NCBI GenBank assembly: GCA_041946805.1
Contig: JBHGBC010000024.1
Span: forward strand, 1-51,835
DNA: 51,835 nt
Source of the DNA: a bacterium
GTDB taxonomy: Bacteria > Hinthialibacterota > Hinthialibacteria > Hinthialibacterales > Hinthialibacteraceae
Direction of reading: 5' to 3'
Every line of letters starts with the position of its first letter. Within the stretch, counting starts at the first letter, position 1. Below are positions 20,101-28,290 of the stretch, one piece after another. The position numbers were made by a program, and so were the translations under genes. The notes beneath the pieces were generated by a model. It had not been told where the DNA came from and made no database searches. It worked only from the letters and a program-made list of their open reading frames with translations.

Positions 20101-20273
20101 GCGGCGCTCCGCGCTCCGCCACCGGCACGGTCGAATCCGGCACGGCCGAAGTGCAATCCGCCACCGGCGTGGTCAAACCGGCCAGCGGGGCGGTGCGTTC
20201 CGCCACCCCGGCGGCCGTACGTAAATCGAAGATACAAGTCCCCAAAGCGGTGGAGAATTTATTGAAGAAATGA
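17106..20273 (+). CDS. AsmA family protein with low-complexity C-terminal tail
   Basis: N-terminal TM anchor; QAVGRDVTL...KLLPLLQKKLEVSQLVLNKPVIQLIRDKEG AsmA pattern; beta-rich body; Ala/Pro/Thr tail. Confidence 0.82.
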   Translation: MKLFTKKRFFLFLLVLLVLLAAAAAWIVMNLGQVIDSNKDYILAQVKQAVGRDVTLEKIDVTLWPAAGVRLSKFTVSDDPKFSPDKFVTAEDLQIQFKLLPLLQKKLEVSQLVLNKPVIQLIRDKEGVLNVSTLGKTNGNPDSSGESAAPAKPAPSAGNGEAFSFGLIQVNNGDVRFVDRPGGQEIQANQIDATVRDFRLDQPVSIRLAAAVLAAKQNISLQGQFGPLGKSFDLANLPLQADVQIDSLNLDELQKKFPALKEKLPPWLDISGPMQASLKIVGEKNQISLPSMQITMALFSPQKSNFTFQGSVSSITLGGAADKIALDGVATLSALDLKRLQTGIASLKVFPPELRAEGTVDAQIKVKGHPGQLALNATLDASAADLNYNDQFLKAKGIPMQIAVDAAAGANLEIQKADITLNKTRVEGSGKITTGKTPAVELALKAPQADLAALQPHLPVLKQYAVSGNVALAVDYKKKGETPQITGQVQFKGVSATHPALANPVTQLMGAIEFLGEKANTKDLAFQAGQSKITIAAQMDKLSPPASTFTIQSPELLVADFIKTTNPPSKPDRLRNISIDGKQWMEKEKIACQGKLSSPEGTYAGIDYTQLSGTYAFLNQKLTLDNLVFNALDGSVKATAAYDLNPTPPTFAFNTLLENVDIVQFFRSSLISIPKSFAGRFNMKLGVSGSGTNWDTIKNTLTGEGQANINEGILYDVNIAESVLGSLTGVPGLTNFLSPQLRQDYPQIFSTKDSVFNQLQMALQIKEGKIDLNSLVVAAADWALNGKGWLNFDKAVNVNAGLFLSKGITDTLVSQVSALKYITNDQGRLSIPFAMIGTWPGVKPAPDPQFIQQTLQNALVGKGLDQIKSKLPISLPNLPIFGLPGDKTSPPREGAIPQPGQTAPAAEKAATTAAKKVPDLKIPSLSIPGTEAVRSATAPRAPEAAAADKAATTTTKPGPKFQIPSLPIPGKEAVQAATQAESAPAGPVRSPTRAVSPVRGAPRSATGTVESGTAEVQSATGVVKPASGAVRSATPAAVRKSKIQVPKAVENLLKK

Positions 20274-20485
20274 AGGACGAAGGAAGACAGACGGAGCGTG
20301 CCCCGGGCATTGCCTCCGGCTATTTCGGATTGCCCTCACGGGGCTTTTCTCAGGCAGTCTTTCTTCACGGTACGGTGTAATTATCAAGACTATGAAGCTC
20401 CGAATGCAGGAACGATTTACTCGAATGCGGTACTTTCACAATGCTTTACTCGTGGTAAGCAAATGGAGGAGATCGCTAAACCAAT

Positions 20486-20543
20486 CCCTCTCCCTCTGGG
20501 AGGGTTAGGGTGAGGGTAAGCCCTGAAAGGGCGAAAATCATCC
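20486..20543 (-). repeat. REP-like module, inverted
   Basis: CCCTCTCCCTCTGGGAGGGTTAGGGTGAGGGTAAGCCCTGAAAGGGCG. Confidence 0.7.
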
Positions 20544-20614
20544 TTCCACCGCAATCGAGTATATAGTAACCGGATGAATATCCCTCCCCGATAAGGACAC
20601 CGGATCTCCACGGA

Positions 20615-21700
20615 TTATTTTTCCGTGAGGATGGTCTGTTTACGCCACCAGGCCGCGAGCAGGGCGCCGGAGATGTTCATCCACGGACCGAAGATCGCCG
20701 GCGCCAAGGCCGCCTCGGCGCTTTTCAAGACGTTGATCGCCAAGCCGGACGCCATGCCCCCGTTCTGCAGACCCACTTCGATGGCGATGGTGCGGCAGGC
20801 GATGGGATTCATGCCCCAAAGCCAGGCTCCCCAATATCCCAGAAGATACCCCACCGTGTTGTGCAGCATGCAGGCGGCGATCAAGGCCAGGCCGACCCGC
20901 AGCAGCTCATCGCGGGACAGGGAGGTGATGATCGCGATGATGAAACAGATGGAGAACATCGCCAGCACGGAGAGGCAGGTGTCCATCCAGGCCCCGGCCA
21001 GTTTGAGTTTTTGCAGGACCAGGTTGGTAACCAGCCCCGCCGCGATGGGAAGGATGATGATCTGGATGATCGTGAGCATCATCTCGAAAAAGTCGATTTG
21101 GATATACTGGCCTGCCAACAGTTTCATCATGAGCGGCGTCATGACCGGCGAAAGCAGGGTGGAACAAGCGGTCATCGTCACCGACAAGGGAACGTCCCCC
21201 TTGGCGAGGTAAGTGATGACGTTGGAAGCTACCCCGCCGGGGCACGAGCCGAGCAGGATGATGCCCGCGGCGATCTCCGGCTTGAATCCGAACAGGTACG
21301 CTATGCTCGCGCCCGCCAGGGGCATGATGGAAAACTGCAGCACCATGCCGATGAAAATGGGCTTGGGCATGACCAGGACGCGCTTGAAATCCTGTATGCT
21401 CAACGTGGTGCCCATGCCGAACATGATGATTTGAATCAGCGGCACGATCAGCCGTTTGAGTTGAAAATCGCCCCACTGTTGAAACGCCGCGGGATACACC
21501 ATCGCCCCGGACACAAACGCGAAGACCCACAACGCGAAGGCAAAGGTTTTGAGAGAGGGGATCTGTTGCACGGCCAGGGCCAGGGAGATAAAGAACACAA
21601 TGACCGCAGGCCCCATCCAGGCATATTGCCCCAGGCTCCACAAACCAAGCACTACGGCTAAAAGCACTCCACTGGTTGTCAACAAGATTCGCCGCATCAT
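20615..21700 (-). CDS. Bile acid:sodium symporter family transporter
   Basis: IMFGMGTTL, QFSIMP, CPGGVASNV, IEVGLQNGGMA motifs. Confidence 0.92.
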   Translation of the reverse strand: MMRRILLTTSGVLLAVVLGLWSLGQYAWMGPAVIVFFISLALAVQQIPSLKTFAFALWVFAFVSGAMVYPAAFQQWGDFQLKRLIVPLIQIIMFGMGTTLSIQDFKRVLVMPKPIFIGMVLQFSIMPLAGASIAYLFGFKPEIAAGIILLGSCPGGVASNVITYLAKGDVPLSVTMTACSTLLSPVMTPLMMKLLAGQYIQIDFFEMMLTIIQIIILPIAAGLVTNLVLQKLKLAGAWMDTCLSVLAMFSICFIIAIITSLSRDELLRVGLALIAACMLHNTVGYLLGYWGAWLWGMNPIACRTIAIEVGLQNGGMASGLAINVLKSAEAALAPAIFGPWMNISGALLAAWWRKQTILTEK

Positions 21701-21860
21701 GATGGATTTCTTTCCCGTATAAGAATTTTGAATCTAACTCCGCAATTAAAAAACTAGGGCATCATTTACCAACTTGAAATTATGTTTTCAAGTATCCGCA
21801 CCATGTATGAATCCAATCCAGGGAAACGGTTTGGATTGGATTCATTGGTACTAATTAATT

Positions 21861-21893
21861 CCCTCTCCCTCCGGGAGAGGGCCGGGGTGAGAG
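21861..21893 (-). repeat. REP-like CCCTCTCCC/GGGAGAGGG element
   Basis: CCCTCTCCCTCCGGGAGAGGGCCGGGGTGAGAG. Confidence 0.7.
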
Positions 21894-21935
21894 AAAGCCT
21901 TTTCGCGCTCCTTTTTCGGATGCCTCTATCCCCCC

Positions 21936-23831
21936 TCACATCCATGGAAACGCGTACGTGGGCGGATTGTCATACCGCTTCAGGTTGATTTCCAAGCGGC
22001 CGGACGCGCCCGGCTCCAACGTGACTTGAACATACTTTTGGTTGACGGTTTGAAATTGATATGGATACTCGGTCACTTGCCGAACCGTGGTGATGGTATG
22101 TTCGCCGAACGCCCCCGCTTGGATGATGACCTCGCGCGCCTCGGTGGGATGCAAATTCACCACCTGCAGCGACAAGCCCTCCGGCGTGATCCGGTCAACA
22201 AGCGCGGCGGTGTCGGGCGGAATCCCCGGCCGTTTCCGTTGGGGATCAAAATAGCGGACGGCGCAGTGCAGCAGGCCGCCGTGGTAGATATGGTTGGGCG
22301 CGCCCAGCATCGTCTGCACCAGGCCTTCCAATACGACCGGATTGCGTTCCTGCCAATGGTGGACATCCTGCTGATCCGGGGTGGAATGGTCGGCGCGGAT
22401 CTTTTCCAGACGGCGCAGGGTTTCCGCGTATGTGGTTTTCAAAATTTGCACCGGATAATCTGGATTTCTCCCTTCCATAAAGCCCAGCCAGGCGGCCGCG
22501 TTTTCCGAATCGCCTTTCCCTTTGCGGTAATTGAATTTCCCGATCTCCGAGACATCGCACAGGTGGTGGATGCGGTTCCAATCGGTCTCGGACCGGGATG
22601 CATACCACAAATGAATGGGGTAATACACGGACAGCGGCCGGTAATCATACCAGCCGTCATCGCCGTGTTTGTAAGGAACCAGCACCCGGCCGTTTTCTTT
22701 CTTGGCCTGTTTTTCAATCAATTCATAAACCGACCGGGGCAATTGCAGGTATGCCGGATCGCCGGATACCAGATACGCGTTCATGGCCCCGATGGTCGTG
22801 GATTCGAGTTGATTGAACAATCCGTGGGGCCACTGCCATCCGTAATATCCGCCCCACCATTTGCCGTTCATGAATTCGCCGATCTTTCCGGAGAGGCCGG
22901 CGTTGTCCGGCAAGATGCCCTGATTGCTCTCCACCCGCGCGATCCAGGCGCTGACATACTCTTCGATCCACGTCTTGTATTTCGCGTCGCCGGTGTACAT
23001 GAACGCGTTCAACATCAGGCTGGTGGCGGTGAGATTCAGCGGCACGTCTCCGCGCATCATGCGTTCGTTCATCGCCTGCAGGATGGCGGGAAACTTGGCG
23101 TCGTTGTTCCAGTCCAGGCTGTCCGACACCCCCGGAATGTCATTGTAGGGCAGTGGGTAATGCGCCAGGACCGGCCGGTGCGTGACCCAGTCCTCGGCGG
23201 TGTTGACGAAATGCGGTCCCCGGCTGCCGGTGATCGGTGACCGGATCAGTTTTCTCTCGGGATCGTAATTGGGCGCTTCCGGATCTTCATTGAGATACAG
23301 TCCGGCGAACCGCACCGCCCGTTCCTTGAATTTTTCGTTGGTTGGGTCGGCCAGGCCGAAGAAATAGAAATTGGTGTACGATTCGCCGTGGTGCATCCAA
23401 TCGTAATGGGCATCGAATTCCTTGTGGATTTGGCCGTAATCGGTGAATTGCCGCGTCACGCCCTCCCATAAATGCCGCGCGAGAGCGTCGATTTCGACCG
23501 GTCCGCCCAACACATAGTAGAGCGGGAAATTATAAAAACTCTCATACCCGTCATCCGATCCATCCATGCCCGGCCACTCATCGCGCCAGATCAGGGTTCC
23601 ATCGGGACGGGTGTATTTTTCGTCGAATTCCCGGGCCGCCGGATACAGGCTGTCCAGCACCTGCCGTTGCCATAGGGCCCATTCGGGCGGCGGCGCGGGC
23701 GTCGAAAGGCGAATGTGGATGAAGGATTGGGTCACCGGGGATTCATCCCCCGCGTAGGCGATCGAAACCGGCGATGAAACAATGACCAGGAGCAGGGAGA
23801 ACCATATTGGTTGAAAAGACAAATTGACCAT
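21936..23831 (-). CDS. Secreted conserved hypothetical protein, Trp/Tyr-rich (possible alpha/alpha-barrel carbohydrate enzyme)
   Basis: Signal peptide ending AYA; DGSDDGYESFYNFPL, YDWMHHGE, GKWWGGYYGWQWPHG; function not recognised. Confidence 0.75.
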   Translation of the reverse strand: MVNLSFQPIWFSLLLVIVSSPVSIAYAGDESPVTQSFIHIRLSTPAPPPEWALWQRQVLDSLYPAAREFDEKYTRPDGTLIWRDEWPGMDGSDDGYESFYNFPLYYVLGGPVEIDALARHLWEGVTRQFTDYGQIHKEFDAHYDWMHHGESYTNFYFFGLADPTNEKFKERAVRFAGLYLNEDPEAPNYDPERKLIRSPITGSRGPHFVNTAEDWVTHRPVLAHYPLPYNDIPGVSDSLDWNNDAKFPAILQAMNERMMRGDVPLNLTATSLMLNAFMYTGDAKYKTWIEEYVSAWIARVESNQGILPDNAGLSGKIGEFMNGKWWGGYYGWQWPHGLFNQLESTTIGAMNAYLVSGDPAYLQLPRSVYELIEKQAKKENGRVLVPYKHGDDGWYDYRPLSVYYPIHLWYASRSETDWNRIHHLCDVSEIGKFNYRKGKGDSENAAAWLGFMEGRNPDYPVQILKTTYAETLRRLEKIRADHSTPDQQDVHHWQERNPVVLEGLVQTMLGAPNHIYHGGLLHCAVRYFDPQRKRPGIPPDTAALVDRITPEGLSLQVVNLHPTEAREVIIQAGAFGEHTITTVRQVTEYPYQFQTVNQKYVQVTLEPGASGRLEINLKRYDNPPTYAFPWM

Positions 23832-23881
23832 CGATGTGCCTTTCCGCGGGGTGGTTCATAACGGAATTAAGTACCCAGGGA

Positions 23882-24060
23882 CCCAGGGCTGAAGCCCTGG
23901 GCTAGTTTAAATGGAATATCGGAGAGACTTCCCTCACCCTAACCCTCTTCCAGAGGGAGAGGGAATGACCATTCACTGTTTACGCAAGGATTAATACACC
24001 GGGATTTTTATCCAGGACTTCAGGGCATAGGCTCTGGATCCCCGCTTTCGCGGGGATGAC
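23882..24060. repeat. REP-like cluster
   Basis: CCCAGGGCTGAAGCCCTGGG; CCCTCACCCTAACCCTCTTCCAGAGGGAGAGGG (23931-23963); CTGGATCCCCGCTTTCGCGGGGATGAC (24034-24060). Confidence 0.7.
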
Positions 24061-24113
24061 TTCAAGAACTCCAGGGAAAATATCAACTCCAGGGAAATAC
24101 CAAAGTAATCCCC

Positions 24114-25262
24114 TCACACTTTCGTGGCGGCCGCCTGGATCAAGGCCCTCATGTAACCCAGCGCGAAGGCCTCGGCGGACCGGTGCCCGCCCACCATTCC
24201 CGGGATATGGTCGGAAATGACCGCCCCCGTGTAGCCCACTTCATGCAGCGCGCGCATCACCAGGTACATGTTCATGTAACCGTCATCGAGGAAGGTTTCC
24301 ACGAAGCCCTGCGGCAGCGGCTCGGTGATGTTGCGGAAATGAACCTTGAACAGCTTCTTCTGGCCCGCGAAATACCGAATCGCCTCGACGACGCTTTTCC
24401 CCATTTGCTCTCCGCCCTCGAGCCAGCACCCCACGCAGAGACATACCCCGACGTTGGGGCTGCCGGCGATTTCCAGCGCGCGCTTGTAGCCTTCAAAAGT
24501 CCCGAACATGCAACGGGGAATGCCGCCCAGGTCGTACACCGGTGGATCGTCGGGATGGATGCCGATATACACACCCGACTCCTCGGCCACGGGCACCACT
24601 TGGCGGATGAAATAGGTGTAGTTATCCCACAGTTCCTCTTCGGTGTACCGCCGGCCATGGGAGAGTGGGCCGCGCCAGGTCTTGTCGATCCAGTAACCCG
24701 CGGCTTCCCCGTTGAGCCGGAGCGCCCGGGCTTGCGCGCCGCCGCGGATGGTTTCCGGCGGGCTGCTCCAAATGCCGTTCCCCATGTGCGCGTAGGTGGA
24801 GTAGTGAATACCCGCCTTACCCATCAATCGGATGTAACGCAGGTATTCCTCGATCTTCGCGTCACGGCCGGGCAGGTTGAGGGTCACTTCCTCCATGTTG
24901 TGGCAACGGTGATTGGCCAAACGGTAGATTTTCAGCCCGTTGTCAGCGAACCGCTTTTTCAAAGCGAGGTAACTTTCCAGGTTTTGCCCCTCCTCCGGGA
25001 GACTGGTCATCACCCATTCCACCCCGAGCTGCCGGGCGAATTGCATGTCCTCCTCGCTGGCGTTGGGGGACATTTGCGTGCCGATCTGGATGCCGGGCCG
25101 CGAACCGAAATACCCGGGGACGATCAGGGGGGATCCTTCCCCCGCCGGAGGGGATGCCGCCGGCGGCTCGCCTGCTGCTCCAGTCAGAGCGGACAGGCTG
25201 CCGGACGCGGCTATGATCGTGGCCGCTTTTTGAAAAAACGCACGGCGATTCGAATCGTTCAT
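24114..25262 (-). CDS. Mannonate dehydratase (UxuA)-like protein with Tat signal
   Basis: NRRAFFQK twin-arginine leader; EEELWDNYTYF, GIHPDDPP, VHFRNI, DDGYMNM, SDHIP. Confidence 0.85.
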   Translation of the reverse strand: MNDSNRRAFFQKAATIIAASGSLSALTGAAGEPPAASPPAGEGSPLIVPGYFGSRPGIQIGTQMSPNASEEDMQFARQLGVEWVMTSLPEEGQNLESYLALKKRFADNGLKIYRLANHRCHNMEEVTLNLPGRDAKIEEYLRYIRLMGKAGIHYSTYAHMGNGIWSSPPETIRGGAQARALRLNGEAAGYWIDKTWRGPLSHGRRYTEEELWDNYTYFIRQVVPVAEESGVYIGIHPDDPPVYDLGGIPRCMFGTFEGYKRALEIAGSPNVGVCLCVGCWLEGGEQMGKSVVEAIRYFAGQKKLFKVHFRNITEPLPQGFVETFLDDGYMNMYLVMRALHEVGYTGAVISDHIPGMVGGHRSAEAFALGYMRALIQAAATKV

Positions 25263-25481
25263 GGTTCTTCTCCCAATCTATATTGATCAACCCGTTATCG
25301 AATAAGCCGGGAATCACCAATCCCTTATATCAAAAAAAGGATGCCTCCGGCAAGTGAACTGCGATTTTCAAAACGGTTCTTACGCCCTTCAAGGGCAAGC
25401 CATGAACCTTCATCTCCCTCCGCGGTTGGCCGAAATGGACAGAAACTCATGCGGAACTCTCCATCTCCAAACAAAACTCTA

Positions 25482-25511
25482 TTGACCGGATTAGTTGGGC
25501 ATAAATATACT
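25482..25511 (+). promoter_or_regulatory. Putative sigma70 promoter
   Basis: TTGACC, 18-nt spacer, TATACT upstream of the 25559 gene. Confidence 0.45.
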
Positions 25512-25558
25512 TGACTTTGTTTATAATATTTATAAACAATTTTAGAAAAGGAGTTTGG

Positions 25559-26713
25559 ATGAATATGTCAAAGGTATGGATTTATCTGGCATGCGGGATG
25601 ATTCTCGCTGGTGGTTTGGCGGGAGCGGTATTCGCCGCGCCGAACCTGGAGGTAGTAGCTTCCAATCTGGACAATCCCCGGGGTCTGGCCTTCGGGCCGG
25701 ACGGCGCGCTGTACGTAGCCGAAGCAGGTAAGGGCGGAAACGGTCCCTGTCTGAAGAACGCGGATGACGAGGACACATGCCTGGGGACCTCGGGCGCGGT
25801 CACCCGGATTTATCAAGGCCAACAAGAACGGATCGCCGTGGATCTGCCCTCCATGGCCCCCCAGGGCGGTGGCAACGCCGCGGGACCACATAGCATCGTG
25901 ATCACCAGCCAAGGGGCGTATTGCCTGGTGGGATTGGGCTCCGATCCGGCAGCGCGGACCGATCCGCAGAAATTGGGCAACGCCGGTGGACAAAACCTGG
26001 GGCAGTTGGTTTTTCTGTCATCGAACGGATCGCCACAAAACTGGTGCGACATCGCTCAATATGAAGCGGCGAACAATCCCGAGAGTACGAAACTGGACAG
26101 CAATCCCTACGCGGTCATCGCCGTGGCCGATGGCTTTGTCGTGGCCGACGCGGGGGGCAACTCGCTGCTGCACGTGGACACTAATGGAACCATCACCACT
26201 CTGGCCACTTTCGCGCCACGGTTGGTTGACGCACCTCCTTTTCTGGGGATGCCCGAGGGAACCAAGATCCCCATGGAATCGGTGCCTACTTGCGTGATCC
26301 AGGGAACAGATGGAGCCTTTTACGTTGGTGAACTGACTGGATTTCCTTTTGAAAAGGGAGCCGCCCGCGTCTGGCGCGTCGTTCCCGGAGAACAGCCCCA
26401 AGTCTTCGCGGAGGGATTCACCAACATCATCGGCCTGGCGGTGGCGGAGGATGGAGGATTTTACGTGCTGGAAATCGCCAAGAATTCACTGCTCTCCAAC
26501 GTTCCCGGAGGAGCGCTCATCCACCTTAAAAAATATGGTTTGCGCGTGACCGTGGCCGAGGAAGGCTTGATCATGCCCACGGCCGTGACGATCGGCCCGG
26601 ACAAGGCACTGTATATTTCCAACTTCGGGGCGATGGCCGGGCAGGGGCAGGTAGTGCGGATTGATCCATCGCAAAGCGGCGCGAAGCCTTCCTTGTGGGC
26701 GAATCTCAAATAA
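25559..26713 (+). CDS. ScyD/ScyE-family beta-propeller protein, secreted
   Basis: LDNPRGLAFGPDGALYVAEAG, DSNPYAV, VADAGGNSLL, ESVPT, YVGELTGFPF; AAGGAG RBS. Confidence 0.85.
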   Translation: MNMSKVWIYLACGMILAGGLAGAVFAAPNLEVVASNLDNPRGLAFGPDGALYVAEAGKGGNGPCLKNADDEDTCLGTSGAVTRIYQGQQERIAVDLPSMAPQGGGNAAGPHSIVITSQGAYCLVGLGSDPAARTDPQKLGNAGGQNLGQLVFLSSNGSPQNWCDIAQYEAANNPESTKLDSNPYAVIAVADGFVVADAGGNSLLHVDTNGTITTLATFAPRLVDAPPFLGMPEGTKIPMESVPTCVIQGTDGAFYVGELTGFPFEKGAARVWRVVPGEQPQVFAEGFTNIIGLAVAEDGGFYVLEIAKNSLLSNVPGGALIHLKKYGLRVTVAEEGLIMPTAVTIGPDKALYISNFGAMAGQGQVVRIDPSQSGAKPSLWANLK

Positions 26714-26746
26714 ACCGATCAAACCATCGATTATCGATTATCCAAG

Positions 26747-26778
26747 GCCCACGGATTTATCCCCGTGGGTTTTTTTTG
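26747..26778 (+). terminator. Intrinsic terminator
   Basis: CCCACGG / CCGTGGG stem followed by a T-run. Confidence 0.7.
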
Positions 26779-26957
26779 ATCATCCGGCAAGCGCTACCAT
26801 ATGATCATGTTGAATCGAACACTCTTCTATCAATTTGGCCGGGGAGATCAACCTCAAATACCCTTTCCCTTGGAAGAGGATTAGGGTGGGGTATTTTTGT
26901 TAGGGCAGATCTTGGAGTCCGTTCGATCTCTCCATTCAATCTCGCTTGTCATCGGAT
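26779..26957 (-). mobile_element. Degenerate inverted copy of the MITE-like element
   Basis: ATCATCCGGCAAGCGCTACC end; internal GGCCGGGGAGATCAACC and AGGGCAGATCTTGGAGTCCG are reverse complements of segments in other copies. Confidence 0.5.
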
Positions 26958-27000
26958 TTTTGGTATACTGAGGAATCACTATTCCCGTCACGAGGCGATC

Positions 27001-27666
27001 ATGGCTGACGAGAGATACGCGGAAACCCACCTGGATCGAAACACGGCAGCCCAAGGGAAAATCAAAACGAAAGGCGACGTGTGGATTGAAGGCCTCCTGG
27101 AAGGGGAAGCGCGCACGGAGGGATGCCTGACCCTATCGCCGGCCGGCCGGATCAAGGGAATCATCGAATCCCGCGAGGCGCGCATCGAAGGCTCGGTGGA
27201 AGGCTCCATCGAGGCCCATGAAATCGTACGGCTGGCGGAATCCAGCATCGTCAATTCCACCATCGTCGCCCCCAAACTGGTGGCGCAGAATTGCACCCGT
27301 CTCCAAGGGTATTTCGTCATTACGCCGAACGCCGCGGAACGGGAAAAATACCGCCCCCGCACTGGGACCTCTAACGCGCCCATCACGCCGGCTCCCCCAG
27401 CCCCTCTCCGGACGGTTTCCATCTCCATCACTCAGGAGGACGCCCGGCGGGTGCAAATCACTGGTACTTTTAATGATTGGAACGAAGATCAAGCTATTCC
27501 GCTCCGGCTATCCCAGGATGGACGGTGGTCTGCGGATCTGCGGCTGCAACCCGGGAAATATGAATACCGGGTGTTGATCGATGGAAAATCCCAGCTGGAC
27601 CCGGACAATCCCGAGAAAGTCCCCAACTCGTACGGGGGTGAAAACTCGGTCTTGACGGTCCGGTGA
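27001..27666 (+). CDS. Bactofilin (polymer-forming cytoskeletal domain) fused to an AMPK-beta-type glycogen-binding (CBM48-like) domain
   Basis: aa ~8-107 beta-helix pattern (GKIKTKGDVWIEGLLEG...GRIKGIIES...IEGSVEGSIEA...IVAPKL); Pro/Ala linker; ARRVQITGTFNDW...GRWSADLRLQPGKYEYRVLIDG...DPDNP...NSYGGENSVL. Confidence 0.85.
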   Translation: MADERYAETHLDRNTAAQGKIKTKGDVWIEGLLEGEARTEGCLTLSPAGRIKGIIESREARIEGSVEGSIEAHEIVRLAESSIVNSTIVAPKLVAQNCTRLQGYFVITPNAAEREKYRPRTGTSNAPITPAPPAPLRTVSISITQEDARRVQITGTFNDWNEDQAIPLRLSQDGRWSADLRLQPGKYEYRVLIDGKSQLDPDNPEKVPNSYGGENSVLTVR

Positions 27667-27706
27667 ATCGAGGTTTCAATACCTCGTGTTCAGGCGTTTT
27701 GGCTCC

Positions 27707-27734
27707 TTGACAATTCGAGTGAAAGATAAATAAT
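27707..27734 (+). promoter_or_regulatory. Putative tRNA promoter
   Basis: TTGACA, 16-nt spacer, AATAAT just upstream of the tRNA. Confidence 0.5.
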
Positions 27735-27748
27735 AATCCACGCGATGA

Positions 27749-27824
27749 GCAGGAGTAGCTCAGCTGGCAGAGCTTCTCGTTGCCAACGAGAAGGTCGCGG
27801 GTTCGAATCCCGTCTCCTGCTCCA
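27749..27824 (+). tRNA. tRNA-Gly (GCC)
   Basis: Acceptor stem GCAGGAG/CTCCTGC; anticodon arm TCTCG-TTGCCAA-CGAGA; GGTTCGAATCC T-arm; encoded CCA; 76 nt. Confidence 0.97.
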
Positions 27825-28154
27825 TTTTTTTTCTAGATTCCCCCCCCCCATTTTTTCGCGTCCTCAGGTTCTGTTGAGTTTTCGTCATGAATGCGTTGCT
27901 GGAATGCGGGATGGCCGTTCCAGCGCAAACGGCGCTTCTTTCTAGCCCAGGGCTTCAGCCCAGCGATAGATTCGGGACCCATATCACTAATTCCCCCTCC
28001 CTCGGGGAGAAGGCCAACATGAGGGAAAGACTTTTCGCTTTCCTCCCGCTTCCCAAATGGCGATAGGTTCTTGTTTATGCAAAAGTCAAGCCCCTTTCCA
28101 GGCCCAATCCTGTAACAAACTGGATTGTCATTGGGTGGACCGGCGGAATTTCAC

Positions 28155-28183
28155 TTGACAGGAACGGTCAGATTTGTTAGTAT
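28155..28183 (+). promoter_or_regulatory. Putative sigma70 promoter
   Basis: TTGACA, 17-nt spacer, TAGTAT with upstream TG (extended -10). Confidence 0.55.
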
Positions 28184-28290
28184 TCTTGCAAATCTACAAT
28201 TATAAATTATATTTGCGTCACTCAAAAAAGCCCGGGCTGTATTCCTGCGGAGGGTCGAGACTTACAACATAATCGAGGAGGAAAACGATT

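Noticed and set aside
25559..26713. Scytonemin biosynthesis
   Set aside because: ScyD/E-like propellers are widespread and no other scy genes are present
26695..27000. N-terminal extensions in the ORF track (also asnB, gntP, BlaR1 and the 36578 start)
   Set aside because: They run through repeats, terminators or other genes; downstream ATGs have RBSs and family-typical starts
27749..28030. Genomic island or prophage integrated at tRNA-Gly
   Set aside because: No integrase, and I saw no duplicate of the tRNA 3' end in the window
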